A stretch of 64,000 nt of DNA from a virus (taxonomy: Duplodnaviria > Heunggongvirae > Uroviricota > Caudoviricetes): IMG/VR virus record IMGVR_UViG_3300029653_000083, positions 10,236 through 74,235 of that record; one strand, written 5' to 3'. The notes below the pieces were generated by a model, which was given only the letters and a program-made list of their open reading frames with translations, was not told where the DNA came from and did not search any database. Position numbers and translations under genes: made by a program. Shown piece after piece: positions 1-9,612 of this stretch; the stretch's first letter is position 1, and every line of letters begins with the position of its first letter.

Positions 1-693
1 GACACAACACCGCCAAAGCCCCACAACGAAGCGTCGCTCCTTTCTGCTATGGAACGCGCCGGAAGTGAGGACACCGACCCGGACGCAGAACGCAAAGGGC
101 TTGGAACTCCCGCCACCCGCGCCGCTGTCATTGAAAAACTGGTAAAGGGCGGCTTTGTGGAACGAAAAGGCAAGCAGCTACTTCCCACAAAAGACGGTAT
201 CAACCTTGTGTGCGTCCTGCCGGACACCTTGACAAGCCCGCAGCTTACCGCAGAATGGGAAAACAATCTGACGCAGATTGCAAAAGGCAAGGCAGACCCC
301 GCCGCATTTATGGAGGGTATCGAGAATATGGCGCGGGAACTGGTAAAGACCTATCCGTTTCTTTCTGATGATAAAGCGCAGATGTTCAAGCCGGAACGGG
401 AAGCGTTGGGAAGCTGCCCCCGCTGCGGTTCTCCTGTCTATGAGGGAAAGAAAAACTACTATTGCAGCAACAAAGAATGTATCTTTACCATGTGGAAAAA
501 TGACCGTTTCTTTGAAGAACGAAAAGTAACCTTTACCCCGAAGATTGCCGCTGCACTCTTAAAATCCGGCAAGGTAAATGTGAAAAAGCTCTATTCCCCA
601 AAGACAGGCAAAACCTACAACGGAACTATCGTATTGGCTGATACGGGCGGGAGATATGTCAACTACCGCATTGAACTGCCGAAGAAAAAATAA
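1..693 (+). CDS. topB: DNA topoisomerase III (ICE-type), C-terminal part, truncated by window start
   Basis: Frame open from base 1 (DTTPPKPHNEASLLSAME); GLGTPATRAAVIEKL and LTSPQLTAEWE motifs; C-terminal CPRCG...C..C zinc ribbon. Confidence 0.92.
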   Translation, partial: DTTPPKPHNEASLLSAMERAGSEDTDPDAERKGLGTPATRAAVIEKLVKGGFVERKGKQLLPTKDGINLVCVLPDTLTSPQLTAEWENNLTQIAKGKADPAAFMEGIENMARELVKTYPFLSDDKAQMFKPEREALGSCPRCGSPVYEGKKNYYCSNKECIFTMWKNDRFFEERKVTFTPKIAAALLKSGKVNVKKLYSPKTGKTYNGTIVLADTGGRYVNYRIELPKKK

Positions 694-823
694 CTGAATA
701 GCAAGCATAGGAAAAGAGTACCCTTTTCCGTAAAATCCCTGCTTTCTCTACCGAGAACGGCGGGGATTTTTGCTTGTTGGGAAGTTTCCCAAACCCTCTG
801 AAACCGAAGAAAGGAGGTTACAC

Positions 824-3800
824 ATGGCAAGTTTACGGGACACCGTAAAGGACTATCAAGAAGAATTAAGGGACGGTATCGCTTGGGTGGCGTTTTGGAA
901 AACGGGACGCTCTTGGAACGCAGAATATTTCCACCTTGAAATGAGCGATATTCTCTACCCGGAGGACAGAAGCCGCATGGAAGAAATCAAACAGGCTGAC
1001 CCTGCCGCCGTTGTGGTAAACGGCTATTACTCCGGCTATCTTGGCGAGGATAGGAACCTTGACGAGCTGACCGCCGGGGTGCGCCGCCACTACGAAAACG
1101 GATATAGCAATATCGGGGAATTTATCGAAGCCCACGACGACAGGCTGCCGCCGGAGCTTATCGAGGAAGCAAGAGCCGCCGCCCACGCTGCGGGGCTGCC
1201 TTTCTCTGAAAAAGCCTACCGGGACGGCGAAGAACCCGACCCCTATCTATTTGACGGGAGCATGAGCATGGAGGACTACGAGCTTATGCACCGCATGATT
1301 GAGAAAGAAAGGAGCGAACACATGGAACAACCGATTTTAAGCGGGTATCTTTCTAATCTTGGAAAGTACACCGAGGGCAGACCTGCGGGCGAATGGGTAT
1401 CATTCCCCACGACTGCCGAGCATTTGAAAGAAGTCTTTGACCGTATCGGCATAGACGGCAAAAACTACGGGGAGCTGCATATCACAGAATACCAGTCCTC
1501 TATTGCGGGACTGGCAGGAAAATTGACCGAGCTTGAAAGCCTTGACGAGCTGAACTATTTGAGCGAACTTTTGAAAATGCAGTTTGACGACGACAGGGAA
1601 AAATTTGTTGCAGCTATGGCATACGGCGACCATACAAGGGACTTGCAGGACATTATCAACCTTGCACAAAACCTTGATTGTTACTGGCTTTATCCGTCCG
1701 TACAGAGTGAGGAAGATTACGGGCATTATCTGATTGAAGAACTGGACGAGTTGGAGCTGCCCGAAGAAGCAAAAAAATATTTCATGTATGAGGAATACGG
1801 GCGGGACGCTGCTATCAATGACGGGGGCAGATTTACCGAGCAGGGCTATATCTACAATAACCGTAATACCTTTACAGAATGGTATGACGGGCGCGACGTG
1901 CCGGAGGAATACCGGGTAACGCCGCAGCCGCCAGTACAGGAAAAGGAACAGGCAGACCTTGACGCTTCCGCAGCTATACCGACCACCGCCACAGAGCAGC
2001 CCCCGGTTCTCCCGATTATCCTATCTTCTGAAAAGCCCGCTGACAAGATGAAAGAGATTACCGACCGACTGGAACAGGGGATTTTAGGACTGTATGAAAG
2101 CGACCGTTACGCCGACTATCTGCGTACTATGTCAAAATTCCATGATTACAGCCTTAACAATACAATCCTTATCGCCATGCAGGGCGGCAATCTTGTGAAA
2201 GGCTATAAACAATGGGAAAAGGAATTTGACCGCCATGTAAAGCCGGGAGAAAAAGCTATCAAGATACTTGCGCCGTCCCCGTTTACCGTTAAGAAACAGG
2301 TGGAAAAAATCGACCCGGACACCCAAAAGCCTGTTTTCGATAAGGACGGGAAACCTGTTACCGAGGAAAAGGAAATCAAGATACCCGCCTTTCGTGTGGT
2401 ATCTGTCTTTGATATTTCACAGACCGAGGGAAAGGAGCTTCCTGCCCTTACCTATGAGCTGACGGGCAACGTGGAACAATACAAGGATTTTTTCGCTGCC
2501 CTTGAAAAGACTTCTCCCTTTGCTATGGGATTTGAAGCACTAAGCGGCGGCGTAAAAGGACGCTGCAATTATGAGGAAAAGCGTATCATCATCAACGAGG
2601 GCATGGACGAATTGCAGAATATCAAGACCGCAATCCATGAAATCGCCCACGCCACGCTGCATGATACTGCCCTTGCTATGCCGGAACGCCCCGACCGCCG
2701 TACCCGCGAGGTACAGGCGGAAAGCGTCGCCTATGCTGTCTGCCAACATTACGGGCTTGATACGTCGGACTATTCTTTTGGATATATCGCCGGGTGGAGC
2801 AGCGGAAAAGAACTTGCAGAACTGAAAGGCTCTCTTGAAACAATCCGCAGCACCGCCGCAAATCTGATTGATACCATAGACGGACATTTTGCAGCAATCC
2901 AAAAGGCACAGGATAAGGAACAGACCACCGAACAGGCGCAGCCCGCACAGGAAGCTACCAAACAGCCCGAAGCAGAAGCCGCCACGCCGGAGCTTCCCGA
3001 AGAAACAGCCCCGGTACAGGAAAAAGAAACACAGCCGGAACAGGCTGCACCCGCCGCCCCTTATTATCCTATCAATGAAGCTGCCGCCAAACGTGCAAAG
3101 GATATGAACAGCTTTTCCGATTATAAGCAAGGCAGCGCGACGGCTGAATACAGGCATTATGTAGATGAAGCCGTACAAATCGCAGAAAGGCAAAAACAGC
3201 GGGTAGACCCGATGTACCATGAGAAAATCGACAGCCTGCTTGACACCTATGCCCGGAAACTGGCGGCGAACATGAATAAAGGCTATGAGATTGACGCGCG
3301 TGTTCCCTCTATCCTGATTGCGGGCGGCTCTAACTTCCCCACAAGGAAGAAAGAAAAGCAGAACGCAGCCCGCGACAGCAATTACCGGGAATGGCAGGAC
3401 ATACAAGGGCTTCTTGATAAAATCCGCAGTACCGGCATGGGCGGTATCAGCGCAGACGACCCGCAGGCAGTACAGAAGTTAGAAAAGAAACTGGAAAGCC
3501 TTGAAAAATCACAGGAAACCATGAAAGCCGTAAACGCCTATTACCGTAAGCATAAGACCCTTGACGGCTGCCCGCATTTACCGCCGGAGGAACTGGAAAA
3601 ACTGAAAGCAGACATGGCGAGCAGTTGGCATTTGGAGGACAAGCCATTTGCGACTTGGGCGTTATCCAACAACAGTGCAGAAATCCGGCGCGTGAAAGAC
3701 CGTATCAAATCTCTTTCACAGCAAAAAGAAATCGGTTTTGTGGGTTGGAAATTTGACGGCGGCAAGGTGGAAGCAAACACCGAAGCGAACCGACTGCAAA

Positions 3801-4837
3801 TCTTCTTTGAGGATAAGCCGGACGAAGCCACGCGGGAAGCCCTAAAAAGTAATGGCTTCCGTTGGTCGCCCAAAGCAGGGGCATGGCAGCGGCAGCTTAC
3901 CAGTAACGCCTATTATGCGGCTGATTATGTCAAGGCGATTGTACCCCTTACGGGGGAAAAGCCTACCGAGTTACAACGGGCGCATATCCGGGCGCAAAAG
4001 GTAGATGCACAGGAGCAGCCGGAACAGGAAGCCCCACAGGACAAAGACACCTTTTCCATTTATCAGATAAAAGGCGGGGACGAAACAAGAGATTTGCGCT
4101 TTGAACCTTACGACCGTCTGACTGCCACAGGACACCGGGTAGACGCGAAAAACTATACACTTGTCTATTCCGCAGAGCTTACGCCGGGGACTTCCCTTGA
4201 AGATATTTACACCCGCTTTAATATCGACCACCCGAAAGATTTTAAGGGACACAGCCTTTCCGTTTCCGACGTGGTGGTGCTTCATCAGAACGGGCAGGAC
4301 ACCGCCCACTATGTAGACAGCTTCGGTTATAAGGAAGTGCCGGAGTTTTTCAAGGAGCAGGAAAATGCCCTCATTCCCGCCGACTTGGAAACGGGCGAAA
4401 CAATCAAAACACCGAGAGGGACTTTCTATGTAACCGCCATGAGCCGCGAGCAAATGGAAGCTGCCGGATATGGATTGCACCACCAGTCCGACGACGGAAA
4501 ATATCTGATTATGGGGAACGGCACTAGGGCTTTTGCTGTTCCCGTTCAGCCAGAGAACTATCTGAAAGCTGCCGAGCAGACCACAGAGCAAAACTACAAC
4601 ATGATTGACGGGCAGATAAACAACACCCCGACTACCGCAGAACTGGAAGCAAAGGTAAAGGCAGGAGAAACCATTTCCCTTGTTGACCTTGCGGAAGCTG
4701 TCAAGGCTGACAAGGAACGCGGCAAGGCAGCAAAAACGGAAAAGAAGCCCTCTATCCGGGCGCAGCTTAGAGCAGACAAAGAAAAAACCGCACAGAAAAA
4801 AGCGGCAAAATCAAAAAATCACGAATTGGAGGTATGA
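824..4837 (+). CDS. Polyvalent antirestriction protein: ArdA + ArdC-like ssDNA-binding + zincin (HEIAH) + YodL + DUF4316-like C-terminus
   Basis: SD AGGAGG before ATG 824; ArdA start YLSNLGKYTEG..GEWVSFP; FHDYSLNNTILI..Q..GYKQW (ArdC-N); HEIAH; YodL motif DHPKDFKGHSLSVSDVV; NYLKAAE..TEQNYNMIDG. Confidence 0.85.
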   Translation: MASLRDTVKDYQEELRDGIAWVAFWKTGRSWNAEYFHLEMSDILYPEDRSRMEEIKQADPAAVVVNGYYSGYLGEDRNLDELTAGVRRHYENGYSNIGEFIEAHDDRLPPELIEEARAAAHAAGLPFSEKAYRDGEEPDPYLFDGSMSMEDYELMHRMIEKERSEHMEQPILSGYLSNLGKYTEGRPAGEWVSFPTTAEHLKEVFDRIGIDGKNYGELHITEYQSSIAGLAGKLTELESLDELNYLSELLKMQFDDDREKFVAAMAYGDHTRDLQDIINLAQNLDCYWLYPSVQSEEDYGHYLIEELDELELPEEAKKYFMYEEYGRDAAINDGGRFTEQGYIYNNRNTFTEWYDGRDVPEEYRVTPQPPVQEKEQADLDASAAIPTTATEQPPVLPIILSSEKPADKMKEITDRLEQGILGLYESDRYADYLRTMSKFHDYSLNNTILIAMQGGNLVKGYKQWEKEFDRHVKPGEKAIKILAPSPFTVKKQVEKIDPDTQKPVFDKDGKPVTEEKEIKIPAFRVVSVFDISQTEGKELPALTYELTGNVEQYKDFFAALEKTSPFAMGFEALSGGVKGRCNYEEKRIIINEGMDELQNIKTAIHEIAHATLHDTALAMPERPDRRTREVQAESVAYAVCQHYGLDTSDYSFGYIAGWSSGKELAELKGSLETIRSTAANLIDTIDGHFAAIQKAQDKEQTTEQAQPAQEATKQPEAEAATPELPEETAPVQEKETQPEQAAPAAPYYPINEAAAKRAKDMNSFSDYKQGSATAEYRHYVDEAVQIAERQKQRVDPMYHEKIDSLLDTYARKLAANMNKGYEIDARVPSILIAGGSNFPTRKKEKQNAARDSNYREWQDIQGLLDKIRSTGMGGISADDPQAVQKLEKKLESLEKSQETMKAVNAYYRKHKTLDGCPHLPPEELEKLKADMASSWHLEDKPFATWALSNNSAEIRRVKDRIKSLSQQKEIGFVGWKFDGGKVEANTEANRLQIFFEDKPDEATREALKSNGFRWSPKAGAWQRQLTSNAYYAADYVKAIVPLTGEKPTELQRAHIRAQKVDAQEQPEQEAPQDKDTFSIYQIKGGDETRDLRFEPYDRLTATGHRVDAKNYTLVYSAELTPGTSLEDIYTRFNIDHPKDFKGHSLSVSDVVVLHQNGQDTAHYVDSFGYKEVPEFFKEQENALIPADLETGETIKTPRGTFYVTAMSREQMEAAGYGLHHQSDDGKYLIMGNGTRAFAVPVQPENYLKAAEQTTEQNYNMIDGQINNTPTTAELEAKVKAGETISLVDLAEAVKADKERGKAAKTEKKPSIRAQLRADKEKTAQKKAAKSKNHELEV

Positions 4838-5046
4838 GCATGATTAGACTGACCGTTGAAGAAACAAACCTGTTGAGCATTTACAATGAGGGCGGTAAGC
4901 GCGGGCTTATGGAGAACATCAACGCTGCGCTGCCGTTTATGGACGAGGATATGCGGGAACTGGCGAAGCGCACCCTTGCGAAAATTGCACCTCTGACAGA
5001 AAATGAGTATACGGAGCTTGCCATTTTCGCCGCTGATGAGGTATGA
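4834..5046 (+). CDS. Transposon-transfer-assisting (TTRAP-like) small protein
   Basis: LTVEETNLLSIY...DEDMRELAKRTLAK pattern; overlaps upstream stop; usual position in these ICEs. Confidence 0.7.
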   Translation: MSMIRLTVEETNLLSIYNEGGKRGLMENINAALPFMDEDMRELAKRTLAKIAPLTENEYTELAIFAADEV

Positions 5047-5408
5047 CCGGGCTAAAGCGGCTTACGCCGCCCCAAAGCCGGAAAGTCAACAGCCTTGTAA
5101 AAAAGGAGTGCTGCAACTGCGATAACGGACACTGTATTTTACTGGACGACGGGGAGGAATGTGTCTGCCCGCAGCTTATTTCCTATTCTCTTCTATGCAA
5201 ATGGTTTCAGACCGCCGTACTTCCCTTTGATAAGCTGCTGTATGCAGAGCTTTTCAAGACCGAGGATAAAAAGCGTTGTACCGAGTGCGGAGCTTCTTTT
5301 GCGTCCACCTCTAACAGCGTCAAATACTGCCCGGACTGCCGGAAGCGTATTACCCGCAGACAGGCAGCGGAGCGCATGAGGAAACGACGCGCCCTTGTTA
5401 CGCAGTAG
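5043..5408 (+). CDS. Cysteine-rich VLP domain protein
   Basis: CCNCDNGHCILLDDGEECVCPQ..SLLCKWFQTAVLP and CTECG..YCPDC zinc motifs. Confidence 0.85.
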   Translation: MTGLKRLTPPQSRKVNSLVKKECCNCDNGHCILLDDGEECVCPQLISYSLLCKWFQTAVLPFDKLLYAELFKTEDKKRCTECGASFASTSNSVKYCPDCRKRITRRQAAERMRKRRALVTQ

Positions 5409-5509
5409 GGGCAAAAAAAGCCTTGATTTACAGGGCTTTCCGGGTGTGAAAATGACGCGGCAAGGGTTTTATACCTTTTCCCTCAAAAATGGCGTTCTAC
5501 TGCGTAACA
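5396..5509. repeat. 13-bp perfect inverted repeat flanking an internal hairpin
   Basis: TGTTACGCAGTAG at 5396-5408 and CTACTGCGTAACA at 5497-5509; internal AAAGCCTTGATTTACAGGGCTTT. Confidence 0.8.
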
Positions 5510-5585
5510 TTTTATCGCTGTACCCATAAGAAAGCCGGGGCGCGGATAGTCTTTACCGACTGTCTGCGTCCCGGCTTTTAAAACT

Positions 5586-6005
5586 TCAAAACCACTTTGT
5601 TTTTTCATCTCTGAATTGTGGCATATCATTTTGGGCGTATGGATTATAGGTATTGAGATTACAACCAAATTCTTTCAACTCCATTATTTTGTTATTTTCC
5701 GTCCATACTATTAAAGAAATTCCGTCAAATTCTTCAATATTACCATTATTCATTTTGTTTTTGAAATACCATTCTACAATAGTTTGATTTTCCTTATGAA
5801 AAAATTGTTTAATATCCCACACTAAGACTTTTCCACGAGTATTCCATTCATCAAACCAATGTTTTACTGTTTTTCGACTTTCATACTTAGGACTCCAACT
5901 TTCAGTGTAAATCACATCTTCTGTAAAAATACTATCAATCCCTAAATCTTGTTGTTTTAGCCACATATCAAACCATAAATGAATAATTCTTTCTCTTTCA
6001 TTCAT
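5586..6005 (-). CDS. SnoaL-like / NTF2 family protein
   Basis: IFTEDVIYTESWSP...VEWYF...FDGISLIVW..NKIMELKEF pattern; visibly AT-rich relative to flanks. Confidence 0.75.
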   Translation of the reverse strand: MNERERIIHLWFDMWLKQQDLGIDSIFTEDVIYTESWSPKYESRKTVKHWFDEWNTRGKVLVWDIKQFFHKENQTIVEWYFKNKMNNGNIEEFDGISLIVWTENNKIMELKEFGCNLNTYNPYAQNDMPQFRDEKTKWF

Positions 6006-6384
6006 AACTTTTAAATCCTTTCTCTATATTGATTTGAGGGGTTGCACTCTTATCTGCGGTAAGTAAACGGTATATCGTAAGGGGGATATACCACGTAGCA
6101 ACGACAAGCCGCCATATTAAAATGCCCCCGCCGATAATGCCGTCCAAAATGAAGTTAATGGCAACGATACCCACCGTTCCAGCTATGTCATATCCATGCG
6201 GTACAAGCCATACGAACATACGGCGAATGCCAAAGGGGATACCGCAGCACAGCCATACATAAAAGTAATTGGTCTACCCGTCCTCTGTAAAGATGTTCTT
6301 GAACATGAAGAATAAAAACAATGCAATAACGGCGGGCAAAACGTTTCTCTTGAAAAAGTCTTTCCAAATTTCTCCGCGTGTCAT
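5998..6384 (-). pseudogene. DUF6050-like membrane protein with in-frame amber stop
   Basis: ATG 6384 after GGAG SD reads MTRGEIWKDFFKRNVLP...EDG*TNYFYVWLCCGIPFGIRRMFVWLVP; TAG at 6274-6276 (codon 37), frame continues into the 73-aa ORF. Confidence 0.75.
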
Positions 6385-6388
6385 GGTA

Positions 6389-6619
6389 TCACTCCTTTTC
6401 CATTGGAAATTGTGGGATAGCTTCTAACAGTTTCATTATGAGTGTTTGCCGTAAATCTTCGTCGATTTCCTCTTTGATAGTCCCGTCCGGCTGACACTTT
6501 TTTACCATTGCAAGGCGGTTGATTTCGTCGCCGTAACAATCAAGCACCTTTTCCAACGCCCATTTTTCGCCCACAACGGCAGCGCATATCGTTTCATAGT
6601 CCGGCATTTCCTGTTCCAT
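6389..6619 (-). CDS. Small helix-turn-helix protein (ICE, Tn916 Orf8/HTH_16-like)
   Basis: MEQEMPDYETICAAVVGEKWALEKVLDCY...DEDLRQTLIMKLLEAI; SD AAAGGAAG upstream. Confidence 0.75.
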   Translation of the reverse strand: MEQEMPDYETICAAVVGEKWALEKVLDCYGDEINRLAMVKKCQPDGTIKEEIDEDLRQTLIMKLLEAIPQFPMEKE

Positions 6620-6648
6620 TTTCTGACACTTCCTTTGCTGAAAATGTA

Positions 6649-6798
6649 TCACTTTAGTATGTGGCTACTGTCTTTGATAGGAACTATTATATCAAATAAA
6701 AAGATAATTCCGGAAATGAAGGTCACTGTTATAACCAAGGTAAGAAACGCCGCAAAAAGAGCGAAAGGGTCTTGACTCCACTCGTTGAAATCTACCAT
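6649..6798 (-). CDS. 49-aa membrane peptide (below ORF-track cut-off), possibly truncated at the ICE junction
   Basis: AAGGAG SD then MVDFNEWSQDPFALFAAFLTLVITVTFISGIIFLFDIIVPIKDSSHILK*; one hydrophobic segment; follows gene 6805-7185. Confidence 0.55.
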   Translation of the reverse strand: MVDFNEWSQDPFALFAAFLTLVITVTFISGIIFLFDIIVPIKDSSHILK

Positions 6799-6804
6799 GT
6801 TTTA

Positions 6805-7185
6805 CTACTCCTTCTGATTTTGGTTTTGTTGAGGTGGAACCACTTCCAATCGGAAGGTTCTCTTGACGTTTGCCTTAATCTTGTATTTGCCGTTCTTGTC
6901 GGTGACGCTTCTGGCGGGATTGCCGACACTATCTTTGTAGGGAGTGCCATCGTCATGGACGACCGTGACCGTCACGTTGGGAACGGGATTGCCCTGCCAG
7001 TCGGTGACGGTGGCCTCTAAGGTGATTGACCGTCCCCAGATTTCGGTTTTCAACCGATTGAGTCCATTTGTCAATGGTGGTGCGACGATTAGTCCGATAA
7101 CGCTTAATGCCACGACCAGTTGAGCTAGGCTCAAAACCAGTCGTGTCCAGAGTAGGATACCGTCGGTTCTATCATTTTCGTTCAC
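6805..7185 (-). CDS. Membrane-anchored protein with Ig-like/carboxypeptidase-regulatory-like domain
   Basis: N-terminal TM; ATVTDWQGNPVPNVTV...TDKNGKY beta-sandwich motif. Confidence 0.6.
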   Translation of the reverse strand: MNENDRTDGILLWTRLVLSLAQLVVALSVIGLIVAPPLTNGLNRLKTEIWGRSITLEATVTDWQGNPVPNVTVTVVHDDGTPYKDSVGNPARSVTDKNGKYKIKANVKRTFRLEVVPPQQNQNQKE

Positions 7186-7670
7186 TTCCGGCCTGTCCTG
7201 CTCAACTCGAAACCGTCGAGATACAACTGGAACAGGCTCACATATTGGCCGTCTTCTATATCATCCTCCGGTTTTGCGTACAGTTGAGTGTTCAGAACCG
7301 CGACCGGCAGACCGGTATGCTCCTCCTGTTCGATGTGGAAGGGTATTTCCTCCTGACCGTGAGCGTTCTCGCGGACTGCCACACCGTAATCACCCACCTG
7401 TGGTTGGGTGGATGAACTGCTATCGTCAATATCCTCATAGGTGAGATAGAACGGCAGAAGCAGTGGATTGGGAACATTCTTCAACGGGATAAATTCTATA
7501 CCGGCCTGTTGGGAGTGCTGTTGGCAGACGCCACTGTAACTGTCCCCTTCACCGTAATCCGGCCAGTGGCGGATTGCCACGATGGGTTTACTGCACGGGT
7601 ATATTTGACCGTCCGAGTCAACCATGGTTTGGGCGCAACCTACGTCAATGAGTTCCTTAAGATTCAACAT
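7182..7670 (-). CDS. Hypothetical protein (likely start MLNLKELID)
   Basis: ATG 7670 overlaps the stop of 7664-8047; the upstream extension in the track is shadow sequence. Confidence 0.6.
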   Translation of the reverse strand: MLNLKELIDVGCAQTMVDSDGQIYPCSKPIVAIRHWPDYGEGDSYSGVCQQHSQQAGIEFIPLKNVPNPLLLPFYLTYEDIDDSSSSTQPQVGDYGVAVRENAHGQEEIPFHIEQEEHTGLPVAVLNTQLYAKPEDDIEDGQYVSLFQLYLDGFELSRTGRK

Positions 7671-8047
7671 GATTCGTCTTCTTCCAAGAGTTTTTCGCAG
7701 ATGTGAATTATGTCGCCGTAGGAATTGTGGCCTCCTTGTTCGTCGGGTGACGGTGACTCGTCTGGGGAGGTGAGGTTCCGTATCATACGGTTGTAGCGGA
7801 GTTCTTTTTTCTTCTTGTTCGCATAGTCGATGATTTCCATGAGTGCGGCTGTCCGACTGTCTGTGGTCGGTTGGACTCCATACTGTTTGACGCGGGCGAT
7901 GGTGAATTCGTAGGCTGTGGTGAGGCCGTCGTAGAAAGTGTATTTTTCCAGCAGTTCCCCGTCCGGGGTTTCGGAATCTTTGACGGCTTTGTCCCATTGT
8001 TGTTCCAACCATGATATGAGGTCGGTTTCTGGTTCTGACTGACTCAT
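7664..8047 (-). CDS. Hypothetical protein
   Basis: SD AAGGAA and motif promoter at 8078-8098. Confidence 0.65.
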   Translation of the reverse strand: MSQSEPETDLISWLEQQWDKAVKDSETPDGELLEKYTFYDGLTTAYEFTIARVKQYGVQPTTDSRTAALMEIIDYANKKKKELRYNRMIRNLTSPDESPSPDEQGGHNSYGDIIHICEKLLEEDESC

Positions 8048-8122
8048 GTAGTGGTTCCTTTTTATGCGAATGCTTTATGTGTGGACATCCCCACTATACC
8101 ACAATCAGTTGAGTGACCCTAA

Positions 8123-8476
8123 TCAGATGATATCATCCAAAGACTCGAACACGTCCTCCAAAAACTCCAATTCCAGTTTCTTCTCCGAAGCGTCTCGACC
8201 ATTCTTCTCGTCGGCACGAATCACAGACTCCAACACCTGACGTTTCAAATTCAAACGGTCGTAGACGGCCTCACCCAACTGTCGGCGCGAATCGACGGGA
8301 TACCTTCTGTTCAGAACATCCCTCACCTGTTCCGACACGTCATCATCCGGCAAGCCGATGAACACTTCCCCACGGTCGTTGAACTGGAAGGATGGGAGCG
8401 GGTCGTATTCACTGTCCCGCGAGAAAACCAGACCGTATTCGTCGTTACCGTTATCCTCGAAATCGACGTTCAACAT
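8123..8476 (-). CDS. Hypothetical acidic protein (start MLNVDF)
   Basis: Co-oriented operon member with protein-like composition. Confidence 0.55.
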   Translation of the reverse strand: MLNVDFEDNGNDEYGLVFSRDSEYDPLPSFQFNDRGEVFIGLPDDDVSEQVRDVLNRRYPVDSRRQLGEAVYDRLNLKRQVLESVIRADEKNGRDASEKKLELEFLEDVFESLDDII

Positions 8477-8498
8477 TATCTTGTGCTTCTTTTGTTTT

Positions 8499-8684
8499 TC
8501 AGTCCGTGTTGCTGTCGGAAATGTAATACACCGTCTCATTGTCGGTCATTTTGCGGCCTTCTATGAGATAACTCGCGCCGCAAGCGCAGTTAACATGTCC
8601 CACCACATCGGAAGTCCAGTGTATGTCCAGAACATTCAATATCTTGCCGCACTTGGAACAATGCCATTCACCCGCCATCCTCAT
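8499..8684 (-). CDS. Small zinc-ribbon protein
   Basis: CSKCG...CACG; AAGGAG SD. Confidence 0.6.
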   Translation of the reverse strand: MRMAGEWHCSKCGKILNVLDIHWTSDVVGHVNCACGASYLIEGRKMTDNETVYYISDSNTD

Positions 8685-8689
8685 TCTCC

Positions 8690-9316
8690 TTATCTCCTAA
8701 AGTCGCTAGGTAGAGCCAAGTTCTTGACTCTGCTTGTATATCCGACTGCCGCGCGTCCTTCGTCGGTCAGCTCGTCATACAAATCGTCCATCCAGTATTT
8801 GCGTTTCAGCAATCCCATTCCTTGCAGACGCTTGCTCAATTCCTCCGGTTGAACAATCATGAGAGGACGATGATGGGAAAGCGTGTTGAAGTCCTCCTCA
8901 CTCAACAGCATGGGCACATCGTCGTTTTGGATGGCGTCACGAAGTTTTTCGGCCTGACTTGAATATCCATCAGCCCTTTTGACCAGATTGTCCGGCATGG
9001 GAGTATCATCCCCGCTAAGCTTCTTCCAACCGTCGCGCACGTCCTCGGCTTTCCGCTCGTACTGGTTGGCAAGACGGCGTATCAGTTCGTGGCGGAACTC
9101 TTTGTAGAAAACAGTCTCAAAAACATTATCTTTCTCGCCAGCCCAAATGGTGAAACGGAACCCTTTCTTATCGTATTCGAGTCCTCCGCCGAACTCTCCG
9201 AAGTGGAATTCCGGCATTCCATCATCTCGCTCGTCCAATACGGCTTCGACACCCATCGAATTCAGTTCGTGTTCCAAATCGCGCAGGTCGGATAGCAGTT
9301 GTTCAAGGTCAAGCAT
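8690..9316 (-). CDS. Hypothetical protein
   Basis: 208-aa ORF in tightly packed minus-strand operon. Confidence 0.65.
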   Translation of the reverse strand: MLDLEQLLSDLRDLEHELNSMGVEAVLDERDDGMPEFHFGEFGGGLEYDKKGFRFTIWAGEKDNVFETVFYKEFRHELIRRLANQYERKAEDVRDGWKKLSGDDTPMPDNLVKRADGYSSQAEKLRDAIQNDDVPMLLSEEDFNTLSHHRPLMIVQPEELSKRLQGMGLLKRKYWMDDLYDELTDEGRAAVGYTSRVKNLALPSDFRR

Positions 9317-9381
9317 GGTTCACCACTTCCTTGCGTAGGATTCCATGATGTCCGCGTCGAATTGGGTCGATGAGCTTAATA

Positions 9382-9603
9382 TCATCCGTTACCATAGATT
9401 TTTCCTCCCTCGTCTTTGATGCCTTTTTCGACCAGACTGACAATCGCATACAGGTCGATGCTGCCGTGTTCGCCCACATGGACGATGCCGGTGTCCTTAT
9501 CGACCGTTGCCGTCTCGTATAGTCCGTCGCTGAGCCAGCCGCGTTCATTGTTAGCGTCTTCACAGAGCAGTTCCACCGCTCGTTTGTTCGGAAAATATTC
9601 CAT
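9382..9603 (-). CDS. Hypothetical protein
   Basis: Starts 9 nt after the stop of 9613-10167. Confidence 0.5.
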   Translation of the reverse strand: MEYFPNKRAVELLCEDANNERGWLSDGLYETATVDKDTGIVHVGEHGSIDLYAIVSLVEKGIKDEGGKIYGNG

Positions 9604-9612
9604 CTCAACCCC

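Larger units (their letters stand above)
1..6640. mobile_element. End of Firmicutes-type integrative conjugative element (Tn1549/CTn-like backbone); right boundary approximate
   Basis: Gene order topB - ArdA/ArdC/YodL polyvalent protein - TTRAP - cysteine-rich VLP, then DUF6050-like and HTH genes, is typical of Lachnospiraceae/Ruminococcaceae ICEs; sequence style changes after ~6.65 kb. Confidence 0.8.
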
